Shown in pieces: positions 53,501 through 64,000 of a DNA stretch of 64,000 bases. The stretch spans positions 8,246,001 through 8,310,000 of the forward strand of contig OZ059899.1 in assembly GCA_964057225.1 (NCBI GenBank), read 5' to 3'. How positions within the stretch are numbered: the first letter of the stretch is position 1; each line of letters opens with the position of its first letter. A program made the translations under genes and the position numbers. Origin of the DNA: Auanema rhodensis (lineage: Eukaryota > Animalia > Nematoda). The notes below the pieces were generated by a model, which had not been told where the DNA came from, ran no database searches, and worked only from the letters and a program-made list of their open reading frames with translations.

Positions 53501-55479
53501 ACTTTATATGAATATGCCATATTATATTATAAATAATAACTTATACATCCTATAGATATACTTAAAGTATAATTAATGATATCAGTCCACATATTAATTT
53601 TATAATTTGCTTCATCAAATGTCAGATTATCCTGTACAATCTCTTGCTGTCTTCGTCATTTTTTCGTTTTCAAATCGAATCATTTCGTTGTTCATCTGAC
53701 AATGCTTCACCATCTCCTCTTCTATACATCAACACCCCACTTATCCTCAACAACATCAAGTCTCTTGTTCTCTCGTTTTCTCACTCATCAAACTTCGGCC
53801 TTCGAACCACTACTAGCCTTAACAAGACGTTGCGAACTATTGTCAGTGGTGATTTGAAAGTGTGATTCAGAAAAAAATTGAAAGATTTCTGTCCATAGGC
53901 ATGATTCATGATATTATATTTGAAATCTTAAATCATATATACCGCAAATGAAGTCAAATATATTATAATTATAAGTTAAAGTCCATATTAAAATAATTTC
54001 TTTCCCTAATTTATAATCATAATAGTTAATCAGAGTTAGATAAGTGCTAACTATTCACGATTATAATCAATTAATAGATCAATCATTAATGTCATTAACT
54101 GTTATTTCATCTTTTTAGAAGCAAACTGACCAGATAAATCACTAAATGTGACTGTCTGCTTCGTAGCACGTCGACGAATTGGAGGCAAGCGTGGACTGAG
54201 GCATGCATCGTTCAGATGATCGCAACTTCTACTCAGACGTTTGCGGATACCAGGAGCAGCGTCGTTAGCACGCCTTAGAGTCTTGGCACAATATCTGAAG
54301 AAATATATCGGAAATCGTAAAAACTGTTTCATCAGAAAACTGATTGACAAGTACAAAAGGCTTAATCTAACCTTGATCTACTAGGTCGGTTTTCAGAAAA
54401 AGCATCGTGTGGAGTGCGTGGCAATGGCATTGCAGGAGGAGCTAGAAATGCCTTCTGATTCTTGTTAGCTAGTTGATCAGAATGTGCCTTAGGAGAATAA
54501 CTTGAATAGCCAGAAGATGTTATGCTTGATATGGTAGACGTTGTAGAGTTGGCCGGATGTTTATATGATTTGATGTTTCTGTCGTTTATAGACAATGAAG
54601 CGGCTGATGACGACGTAGGTGAAGAGCCAGCCGTTGATGAGCCAGCTGTTGATGAGCAGAAAGAGCCGGATGACAAGATGTAGCCGGCGGAGGACGATGT
54701 CGACAAGGACGAGTAGCGGCCGGACGATGAAGACAAAGACGATAACGATGAAGACGAAGGCTTTTCCTCTTCTATAGACTGCCTGTCGATCCAGTTAATT
54801 TCTTTTCGCCTTGACTTTCGGTCAGCTACTTCTTCTACTTGTGCGGCCGTATGTAGGATTTTATCAGAACGACATTTGCTAGGCTCGACATCCTCGTCAA
54901 CATGAAGACTTGTCTCCGCCTTTATCGGCTGCTTGAAGGAGACACGTCGACCTGAGGGAGAATGAGTTTGCAAAGAACCGCTAGTGAGCTCCGTTTGTAT
55001 GTCATGTACTGTATTCATAGAACAAGTTTTACTAAGCTTCTTTGGATTCTTATCGGCAATGTCAAACGATATATAATCTGATGTATCATGATCAGAATCG
55101 CTATTTTCAATAAATATATCCATTTGAGAATTATGAAGTTGTCGTCGGCGTGTCGTGCAACTTCTGCTTCCGCTCATTCCATGAGAGCCGGTAATAGATT
55201 TGATAACATTATTACGTAATTTGGGTATATTTCCGCTAACAAGGAAAGAAAAATTTTTTTTAGAGCCATTAGGACTTTTTGGTAATTGTGGACTAATAGG
55301 CGATCCCACATCAGTAGATGTGCTACCTTCAGCTGACAGTAGTAAAGGGTGCGAAGCGTATCCTTCACGCAAACGACGTGATTCACGTCGTGAGAGCACC
55401 CGTGACATTTTCTGAAGATATGTAATGATGTACAAAAATTCTCATATAAATACGAGAGAAAATATAATACTATCAGAAT

Positions 55480-55541
<62 letters not shown>

Positions 55542-58500
55542 AATTCAGAGGGAGAAAGGGAAGGAGAAAAAGACGAAGTAGAGAAAGAGAGAAAAGAAAA
55601 TACAGAAGGGAAAGGAGAGATATAGAAAGAAAGAATATATACAAAAGGTTATACATTATATATAACACAACAAAAATAGAAACGGTTGAGATTAAGAAAA
55701 TAAGACAAAAGTGTTCGAGGGATGGAAGAGTGGAACAGATATTAATGAAGAAATAACGTTGTTAAAGCAAAAAAAGGGATATACAAGGCGACAAGATATA
55801 CATGAAGAGAGAACGAAATTAAGTGCAGAGATTTCTGACAGTCAGAGATTGTAGGTTAGAAAGAAATTTTTCTCATATGCTAAGAAGAATAAGAGACGAC
55901 AACTAAACAAATGTGAGGCTTCTATTGACTTTCAGCGATTTTTTCTTTCGAAACGAAGATCAAGCAAAGCGCCAAACTGCTGCATCATGACATAGTTAAA
56001 AGGTTAGAACAACTTTACATGAAAACAAATTGATACCCTCGGTACTGTTTTTGCTAATTTCGTTTAGTCGAGTCGCCAAAGAAAAAAAAATGAGAATAGC
56101 TACAATGAATAGCATGAATAGAGAAATTGAATTACGAGAAACAAGACAAGAGGTTTTCTTACGAATGCTAATTGAGGCAATGATAAGAAAAAAACTAGAA
56201 TGGACGTAGTAATAAGGAAAAAACTAAACTAAGCATAAGCCCAAGTGCAATTGACACATATTTTGGAACGTAATCTTGTTTAGCACATCACATATAAATG
56301 CTTCCGAAACAGGAGTTGAACTACCGCTTAGAATCTGATGTGTATGATGATACGAGCAGGTAAAACAAAAATTTTTGTCACGTTCGTTTACAGAACAGAT
56401 TACGGTATGGACACTCCAGTACGTAATCAGTATCGATAGTCTATGGACAGTCTAAGCGCATTAGACAATCACGTACATTGTTTTTTGAAATCATCGAAAA
56501 AGTGAATAAACATCGAAATATGAATGAGAGAGGAGATCGTTTCACTTTTTTCTTCTCAGCTCTTCAGTGTACCGCCTCTTCTCTCATCTTATATTACTAT
56601 ATGTGGAGAATCAAAAAACTAGTTATTATATGAGCTGTTAACTAGGTTTGATTCGATGAAAAAAAAAATCTCTACATAGTTAAATAGAAAAAAATATGTA
56701 CATATAGCTATGATATCATATGAAATTTTGAAAACAAAATAATTTTCATATGAAAAAGGTTAAACTACAATTGCTACGAATTCTGGAATGATAAGTCCAT
56801 TAAAGTTCATAACTTCCGAATAGTATAATAGCACTACAACAATAAATTACCTACCTGCTTGTCTAGTACAAATTACAACATAATTTTTTAGATATTTTTC
56901 AATTATATCTTAATGTTTTTTCATTTTTTCTCAAATTGCAATGTATTATTAGTTTGCCTTGTTTTTGTTTCTTGTGAAATGAAAAAACACGTACTTCGTC
57001 TGATCCGCACTGTGAAGAACGGCGTCCTTGATATTGGTGGCGGAATATCTGTCTGCAGAATATCATCTTCTCGAAGAGTTCGTAGAGTGCATCGACTCAT
57101 AGTATGATAGCCGGATAAAGGCTTTTTAGGGCCAACTACAAATAATAATAGTAACAATATTATAATTTCAATATAAATGATTTTAAATTTTACTTCTTGT
57201 AGGTACGTTCCAGTAGTTAGAAAAGGCTGAGCGTGAACCGTCTAAACGGATACGAAGTTGAGAAGCTCGGTAACGGATATCGTCCTATAAAAAGAAAACA
57301 ATCAAGTCAAATACTTTATATATTTGTATATAATTAATATAAAGTAAAGAAATATTGATATATTCTATCAATATTTTTAAAATATCGTATTGTATACAAA
57401 TTGTGTACCAGCATAAAACTATAGATTTCCTTTTCTTAAGGTTCAAAAAAGACTAAAGAGTCACACAACTTGTATTTTGTTGTTAATCAATACTATAATA
57501 GTATATTAGGTAAACAAATTCTTTGAAATGTAAGATTATACCTGAAAAATATTTAGATACTATTTGAATTTGTGAGAGAAAAAAGATTAATTACATGAAT
57601 AAAGAAGCAAAGAATAAATAGAATTGAATTTTAAAAGAAAAGGTTAAATAAAAAAAAAGAATTAAAATAATTTAAAAAATAAAATGAAATAAAATAAAAA
57701 AACAACAAAAAAAACTTGAACTAACCGGCTCCCATCGGTAGCAAATCAAACTTTTGTCATCAGAACGGCTGATACAATACCCTGGATGCCATGCACCGTA
57801 TCCAAGCTTAACAGGCATCCCGTTAGGCTGGCCGTCTAAAATGAAATTGAAATATATTATATAACATACATTATATTTGAAATATATTTGATTAATATGA
57901 TCAATTCTTAATGAATTAGTCATTGTTCACCTTTTTTTGGCCTATTTATCAATATGATGTAAGAGACAATAAAGACAAAAGTAGAGAAAAAAAGCTAATT
58001 GGTTATAACCATAAACAAGAAAGTATATACAAAAACTAAAAGAAATTTGAAAAAGAAATAAAAAAATGAAAATTTAGTAGAAAAGAATAACTGAATAAGA
58101 ATATATATAATTATTAATAGTTTTATAATATTATAACTAAAATATAAGCAGATTGAGTATAAACTAAAATACATTGAATGAAGAAGATATATGAGAGTCG
58201 GCTATAAGAAGTCAATTGGAATTGATAAATATAAGTGGATGAAGAAGCTATTGAAGGTTAAATGATGACAACGGCAATTGAGCTGAGTCAATACAAGCTG
58301 TCTGAATATATTGAGAACCAGATGAAAGCTGCCGAAAACTGTATTTACTAATTTTCAGGTAATAGGGCATGTAATTAAAAGAAACTGATTTAAATAACAT
58401 AATATATTTAGATAAAGATATAATGTATAATAAATAGTTAAAACAATCCATATAGAACGAAATGTTTATAGAACATGTTACTTGCATATTAGCATAACAT

Positions 58501-59933
58501 ATATTTATGCTAATGAGTAAGTGAAAGCAAGACAAGTAAAGAATATTCAAGTGAAATAAGAAATTAATATATATTATTTCAAATCTTGAATAGTTGAAAT
58601 TTTATTTATTATAAAAGATAAAAGACGTAACAAGTTATATACATATAGTATATGTAGCTTAAATGAATATATTACTTACTATGCGTTAGCTAAGTACTAG
58701 TTATATGTATAAGTCTTGTCATATAGCCTATATTCACATGCTATAAAACTGAAATTTCATTAAGACAAGGTATGGAAGCGAATGAAATGGTTTTTGTAAA
58801 TGACCTCTACCATTCTCATCCATAATTAGTTGGGAGGATTGCTGAGTGAAAGATTGGATAATGATTGAAAAAAGCAAAAACTTCAATGCAATTGTCTATG
58901 AGCCGACAGACAAAAAAAAGAAGAAAAGGATATGGGCATAAAGAAGTTTTGTGTTAGAAAAATGTAAAAAAAAGAACCAAATCATATTCAAATTTTCAAT
59001 TAAAGGAAACAATATATATAGAAAAATCTTTGTATTTACATATATAAAAGGGAGATATATGAATGATAGACGAAAAAAAATAAGTAAGAAGCGTTAGGAG
59101 GGGAAAAGATGCGGTAAAAATGTCATAATATAGTTAATTATCTATAAGATGATAAAGAATCAAAGACATAAAAAGCAATTTTTCGTTGCGAGCCTCTCCA
59201 GATCTATCCCAAATGCAATTCATCGAACATTAAAATTGACATTTCAAACTAAAGAAATAACGTTGGTTAACGATATAACAGGTTTGATGTTATATACATA
59301 CATATACGTAAATACAGATATGTATGTATCTAAAGATAACGTATCCTTTTTAAAAGAAAAAGAAATGTATGTTCTATTAGTTGAAAGAATAATAGTTAAG
59401 AAACAAAGTTACACTGAAAGCTTATATATGCTCTAATACTAAGCTTTTGTAGCCTGATGACATACATCAATTGACGCCGTTGAAATAAACTATAGAGAAA
59501 GGGATTTGAATTTACATAATCAATTGCTTATTCTTTCTTTACTAAATCTCTGAGGGATGTGCATTTAGGATGAGAATCAAGTATTAAAAGAAGAACTGTA
59601 TCAATATTTTGAAAAAATAAATATTAAACATCAAAAAATAATTAAAATATAATAGAATACTGAATATGATAGATAGATCAATGATGTTAATATTTTAACT
59701 ATTATATTATTTTTTAATATAAATATAAATAGATTTATATTAATTCAAACATCAAATTAAAAAAATATATTTTAACCTTATTACTTAATATAGAACTTGA
59801 ATAGTTAAAAGAAAATTAGTAATTTAAATTCATATTAAAGAAACTAACCGCAAACCATCAGCCATCCTTCGACGATAAATTCATGATTGTTTGACGGCAT
59901 TTCTGGCATTTTCAGGCTCGTCGACTTCGACAT
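19207..59933 (-). CDS. gap-2: SynGAP/nGAP/DAB2IP-family Ras GTPase-activating protein (split PH, C2, RasGAP, C-terminal coiled coil), longest isoform ~1174 aa. Exons 5'->3': 59933-59849, 57835-57726, 57284-57194, 57135-56995, 33201-33038, 32482-32435, 32370-32273, 29261-29086, 29040-28920, 24034-23933, 23885-23787, 23743-23603, 21927-21611, 21569-21481, 21437-21280, 21151-20992, 20944-20372, 20196-20080, 20032-19715, 19668-19444, 19398-19207
   Basis: The 21 exons have GT..AG boundaries and compatible phases, totalling 3525 nt with an open frame. Family motifs: [37 protein letters not shown] (PH); [22 protein letters not shown]...FWGEHFDF (C2); arginine finger [32 protein letters not shown] and [30 protein letters not shown] (RasGAP); [23 protein letters not shown] (coiled coil). 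Linking the four 5'-most exons across a 23.8-kb intron is inferred from phase and PH-like content. Confidence 0.88.
22066..22268 (-). CDS. Candidate internal alternative first exon giving an isoform without PH and most of C2
   Basis: TTCCTATAG acceptor 2 nt before the ATG, then 67 codons. The donor CAG|GTAACT is phase 2, compatible with the exon at 21927. Confidence 0.5.
26351..26386. repeat. (AT)18 microsatellite
   Basis: Direct reading. Confidence 0.95.
29402..29448 (-). CDS. Candidate short alternative first exon ([15 protein letters not shown])
   Basis: The donor TG|GTAAGA is phase 2, compatible with the exon at 29261. It is short enough to be chance. Confidence 0.3.
30597..30673 (-). 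CDS. Candidate short alternative first exon ([26 protein letters not shown])
   Basis: CTTCAG acceptor 9 nt before the ATG. The donor CG|GTAAGC is phase 2, compatible with the exon at 29261. Confidence 0.45.
41232..41281. repeat. (AG)~25 microsatellite
   Basis: Direct reading. Confidence 0.95.
41742..42048 (-). CDS. Candidate alternative first exon of the RasGAP with a hydrophobic segment
   Basis: [10 protein letters not shown]...[20 protein letters not shown]...ISPIDE ends at the consensus donor AG|GTGAGT in phase 1, compatible with the exon at 33201. Confidence 0.6.
50547..50592. repeat. (AT)~23 microsatellite
   Basis: Direct reading. Confidence 0.95.
54131..55408 (-). CDS. Alternative Ser-rich N-terminus of the RasGAP (exons 55408-54372 and 54294-54131)
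   Basis: A >1-kb open frame ([12 protein letters not shown]...) starts 3 nt after the acceptor CTTCAG. An intron at 54371-54295 joins it to a second exon ending TCT G|GTCAGT, which is phase 1 and compatible with the common exon starting at 33201. Confidence 0.75.
55481..55535. repeat. (AG)~27 microsatellite
   Basis: Direct reading. It lies ~70 bp upstream (- strand) of the Ser-rich alternative exon. Confidence 0.95.
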
Positions 59934-59991
59934 ATAGATAAATGAAAGCCGATCGCTTAGCAGTTCAAATCATCAAACAAACTTAGAGACT

Positions 59992-59998
59992 CTGAAAA
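59992..59998 (-). promoter_or_regulatory. TTTTCAG acceptor before the first coding exon (candidate SL1 trans-splice site)
   Basis: Perfect nematode acceptor 58 nt upstream of the ATG at 59933, with an in-frame stop between them. It could instead be a cis acceptor for a 5'UTR intron. Confidence 0.5.
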
Positions 59999-62149
59999 AG
60001 ATCAAGCTTAAACGAAAGATTAATAGTAAATTCAATTTATATATTCATACATAAAATTATAAAAAAATATAGTTAATTAGAATAAAATAATAAATTATAA
60101 AAAAAAATCCTCAGTATATCAAATAAAAAAATAATTAGTTGAAGCAAAATTAGAAAAACGAACCAGCTCTTGGAAAGTAAGAGATACAAATGAAAGTTAA
60201 AATGAAACCAAATGGCCTGCGTGAAAATGCACGTGAGATATGTACATATGCTAATAAGGTTAAACGAAACATAAAAAATGAATTTAGAATAATCTAGTAC
60301 AATTCAATGAAATTTATAGAAATATATGTATAATAAAGAAAAAATGTTAAATCTTTATTAAACATATATTATAATTTAAAAAATTAATAATTATAACAGT
60401 TACATACTATAATTTGTTTAAATTTATCAAGTATTTCATTTAATATTATATGTTATATTATAAATATTTATCAAAATGAAATACATTTTTTTTTGAATTA
60501 TTTCAATTAAAATTTGTTTTGTTTTTTATTTACATTTGAATAAAAAAAAATGGTTTTAATATACAATATGAGTTTCATATACTATTTGTATACACATAGT
60601 TAAGAGTGAGAATATAATACATATGTATATGTACATATACATACATGTATATGCATCCATATATGAAATATTATATAATATATTTATAAAATCATATATA
60701 AATATACATCTATGACATCATATGTAAGGAAAAAAAAACAAATTATTATTATTTTATATTATTTCTTTGATATTACAAAGTATACTAAGAAAATATTCGA
60801 AAATCGAATTAAGCGATTGGAGCAATAGCAATGAAGGAGATTAGACATTTGGTCATTTAATACTTCCCGTCAAATAGTTAGGACTTAATATTTGTGTTGC
60901 AACTATATTTCATTCATTTGACTAACTAACCATAAGATTATTTATACATATATGTATATAAATATGTATTAATACACATATATATTAGTTATAAAATATA
61001 TTTATTATATTATAATTATGTAAAATATTTTTCTTTTTTTTATGAGAAAAAGTTCAATTTATATAAAATGTTAAAATTCAAATTAACTTTCAGACAAATT
61101 TATATCGAAGTTTGAAAGAATAAAAAAACTGAATTAGTCTTATACATTGCAGCAGGGATTTCATAGATAGAAAGTAAAATAGAGAGATCCGATACTAAAA
61201 TAAGATATTTTATTTATAATGATTTGATGTCATGGTTACATGTATCTGAAATCCCTACATTTATAATAAATATCTAATAACTAATTATATTAACTTTAAC
61301 TAATCGAGTATGAAAACTTTTTGTTTCAAAAAAATCTTAAATGATATATTTAATAAAAAAAAAGATCAACAATCTTAATCACATATTGAATATACTATAT
61401 CAATTATATTATATATATATAATATAATAAACAAATAAATATATATAGTATAGTGAATATGAAAACTCTTTATAATTAAAAAGTTGTAATAAAATGAATA
61501 AAATAAAAGTTCATGAATTTGAAGATAAAGAAAGAATATTTTGATTGAATGTAGACATTGAATTAAAAAGTCAAGGACTATGCAAGACAATTAAATTTAA
61601 TTACAGATGTACCTAGCACTGGATATATACAGGATATTACTTAGAATATTGAACTGTGTTGATGAAAAAGATGAAATATGAAAGATATCTATATCATATA
61701 TATAGTTAAATATTAGAAACATGAAAAGATAGAAAACGAGCAATTAAAGGTCAAGTTTGATAAAAATTCTGCTTTTCGTGAAATGCAAAAGAAGAGCATT
61801 GTATTAGGTAACATTGAATACAAACATAATTTAACATCCAGAGCAATAGAAACTTCAATAAGCATTATACAGAGAGAGAGGGAGAGTTAAAGAAATGGAA
61901 CTAATAAAAATGAGAAAACATAGATGAATACAGAGAAAGAGATGGAATTGAAGAGAGAAAGAAAAAGAGAAAGAAGGAGAGAATGAAAATTTTAGAAATG
62001 GGAGAACAGGAAATTGGTTAGCAGGTATAAGGTAGAATTCAGGAAAACAGAGGCTAAAAGCAAGTGTATCCTTTATTATTTTTCTCTATGTCTCTCTGAA
62101 TAATGTATTTTTTTGCTATATCTAATATATCTTTCAATAAGAACGTTGA

Positions 62150-62400
62150 AAAGCTTGGAGTGTTTGCATCAGAAACCTCACCCATAGGTTGTCGCCACTT
62201 AATTTGAACGGTAATACCCCATTCATATTTACATAGTATCCAATTGTTGCTATAAATGTGACCCATTCCTTTTACGTTTCTCTTCTACATCTCTGATTCT
62301 CCCATCTTTCATATACTCTTTTGATATTCTCTCTCGAATATCTTTGTATAACTTCAATCTATCTAAGCCTAAGTTTTGTATCTCTGAGCTGGAGTTTACT
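62150..62400 (-). mobile_element. Possible decayed 3' fragment of an RTE-clade non-LTR retrotransposon
   Basis: The frameshifted translation LGLDRLKLYKDIRERI...IRDVEEKRKR / GHIYSNNWILCKYEW resembles the RTE C-terminal pattern (LG..RL...DIR.R...I.DV...RK..W.GH..R....W......EW) as I recall it. Boundaries are approximate. Confidence 0.4.
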
Positions 62401-63520
62401 CAGAAGTTGACTTCTACTTCTGTCTAATTCTCAGACATATTTCATCTAAAATTGAATACTTGCTCTTTGAGGCCTAACACTTTCTCATCCAGCTTTCTCA
62501 TTTACTCCCTCTCTCTCTCAATCTATCTGTATCTCTTTCTTCTTTCCTTTCTTGTTTAACCTGTCACAGACTATACAGTCCATAAAACATTATTATTGTC
62601 TTTATATAAACAATTATGTATAAGATTAGATACAGATCTGGATATTATGATTTGTTAATTTTAATTTAATATTAAAAACATAATATAAGTATGAATAGCT
62701 TAAATGAAATATGATAATTTCAATCAAAAACAAGAAATTTTAATTAGAAATACAAGCCTTGTTGAAATTATTTCATGAAAGAACATATAATTCTTATTAT
62801 AATATTGAATAATTATAATTAGTTGCAGTTAACACAGTAATACTGCGTTAGGAATCATATTTTCTTTTTTCTTTTACCGTTCGACCTCTCTCTATCGTGT
62901 TCGTTCTCATACATACATATGTTATAATGTAGTTTAAGAATTGAGTTCGTAATAAGTAAAGTTAAAAGAAAATTAATGAATAAATACGGAAATCTAGAAA
63001 AAGACAAGACATGTCATATGGATGGAGGTCATATCTAAACAAGATTGTCATGCCTTGTCATTATAATTTTTCTTGTTATTTTACTTCAATTTTCTTGTTA
63101 TAATAAATTATAAATTAGTATTGAGGCTATCAACAAGTTAAGTTAAAATACAAAGAAATAAAGAAAAGAAATTCATTTGAAAAATAAAAAAAAAGAAAGA
63201 AATCTTTTTAATATAGTATCATTCATCATCTAATACAGTCGAAGTAATGAAAATGAAAAATTATGATGTGGATGTTAGAAACCGCAAATAGCTATTACAT
63301 GAAGTATTGTGTTCAGAAGAATATATTCACGATGTCCTTGTCAGAAAATTATATCGTAAACGCCTCTACGCTATGCAAAACGGTTTACAGACATTGGGGG
63401 ACACGGTTTACAGACATTACATAATTTTAAGAAGAAAACTTTAAAAAGTTCTAGTTCATATAGCAAATATAAACTTTAGTTGACGAGTTAAGCAGATCTC
63501 GAAGAGCTCCTCACAGCCTT

Positions 63521-63548
63521 GGGGAGGGGGAGGGTAGAGGGTATAGGG
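63521..63548 (+). other. Potential G-quadruplex motif
   Basis: GGGG-A-GGGGG-A-GGG-TAGA-GGG-TATA-GGG gives five G-tracts with short loops in otherwise AT-rich DNA. Confidence 0.6.
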
Positions 63549-64000
63549 TAAAGAAGAGCACTTGATCGATTACATGTTGAAAAGGTAAACACAAAGAAAA
63601 GCATGAGTTCAGTTGCTATTACTTTCTAAAAAGAGCTTCAAATGTTAATTATAAATGTGATTAAATGAAAATAAGGTAAAATATATATTTATATTGAAAA
63701 ATATTTTAATAACTTAAATAAATATATATTTAGTTCAATGAATATGTATATAGAATAGTATAAATATATAAATATATGTATATACATATATATTTTGCTT
63801 CAGATTGAAATTTTTGAAATGAAGTATATCTACTAGTACAATTTGATTAATGCTTGTCCAGTTTTAGAAGAGAAACAAAACAAAATAAGTTGGAGAAAGC
63901 GGCAAAAAAAACAAAAAAGAATATAAATTTGCAGTAAGATTGACATTCAAAGAACAGATTTTGAATAATAGAAACTATGAATATTTCTTAAGAAAATATA

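Noticed and set aside
25621-61590. Many Phe/Leu/Ile-rich short ORFs on the - strand within introns
   Set aside because: Expected by-product of T-rich intron sequence and microsatellites, with no splice-phase or homology support (except the exons listed as features).

Overview
Eukaryotic, AT-rich genomic DNA, most likely from a rhabditid nematode (many introns of about 45-50 nt, TTTCAG acceptors, C. elegans-like proteins). The window has three parts. (1) 1-2766: the 3' end of a spliced filamin gene (fln-2/jitterbug type, + strand). (2) 3206-18646: a 15.4-kb head-to-tail array of 42 near-identical 370-bp units. Each unit is a ~300-nt 7SL/SRP RNA gene with a Pol III T-run and a ~69-nt spacer carrying a hairpin; 41 copies are full length and one lacks helix 8. 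The short ORFs repeated across this region are artefacts. The array ends at an 80-bp palindrome whose centre is found, flipped, in every spacer, and the insert is flanked by a candidate CAAAAA duplication. (3) 19207-59933: a ~41-kb SynGAP/DAB2IP-family RasGAP gene (gap-2 type, - strand) with 21 exons (~1174 aa by my assembly) and several phase-compatible alternative first exons, one of which encodes a possible transmembrane anchor. The SRP RNA array and its junction architecture are the most unusual features. All calls were made by eye, with no database searches.
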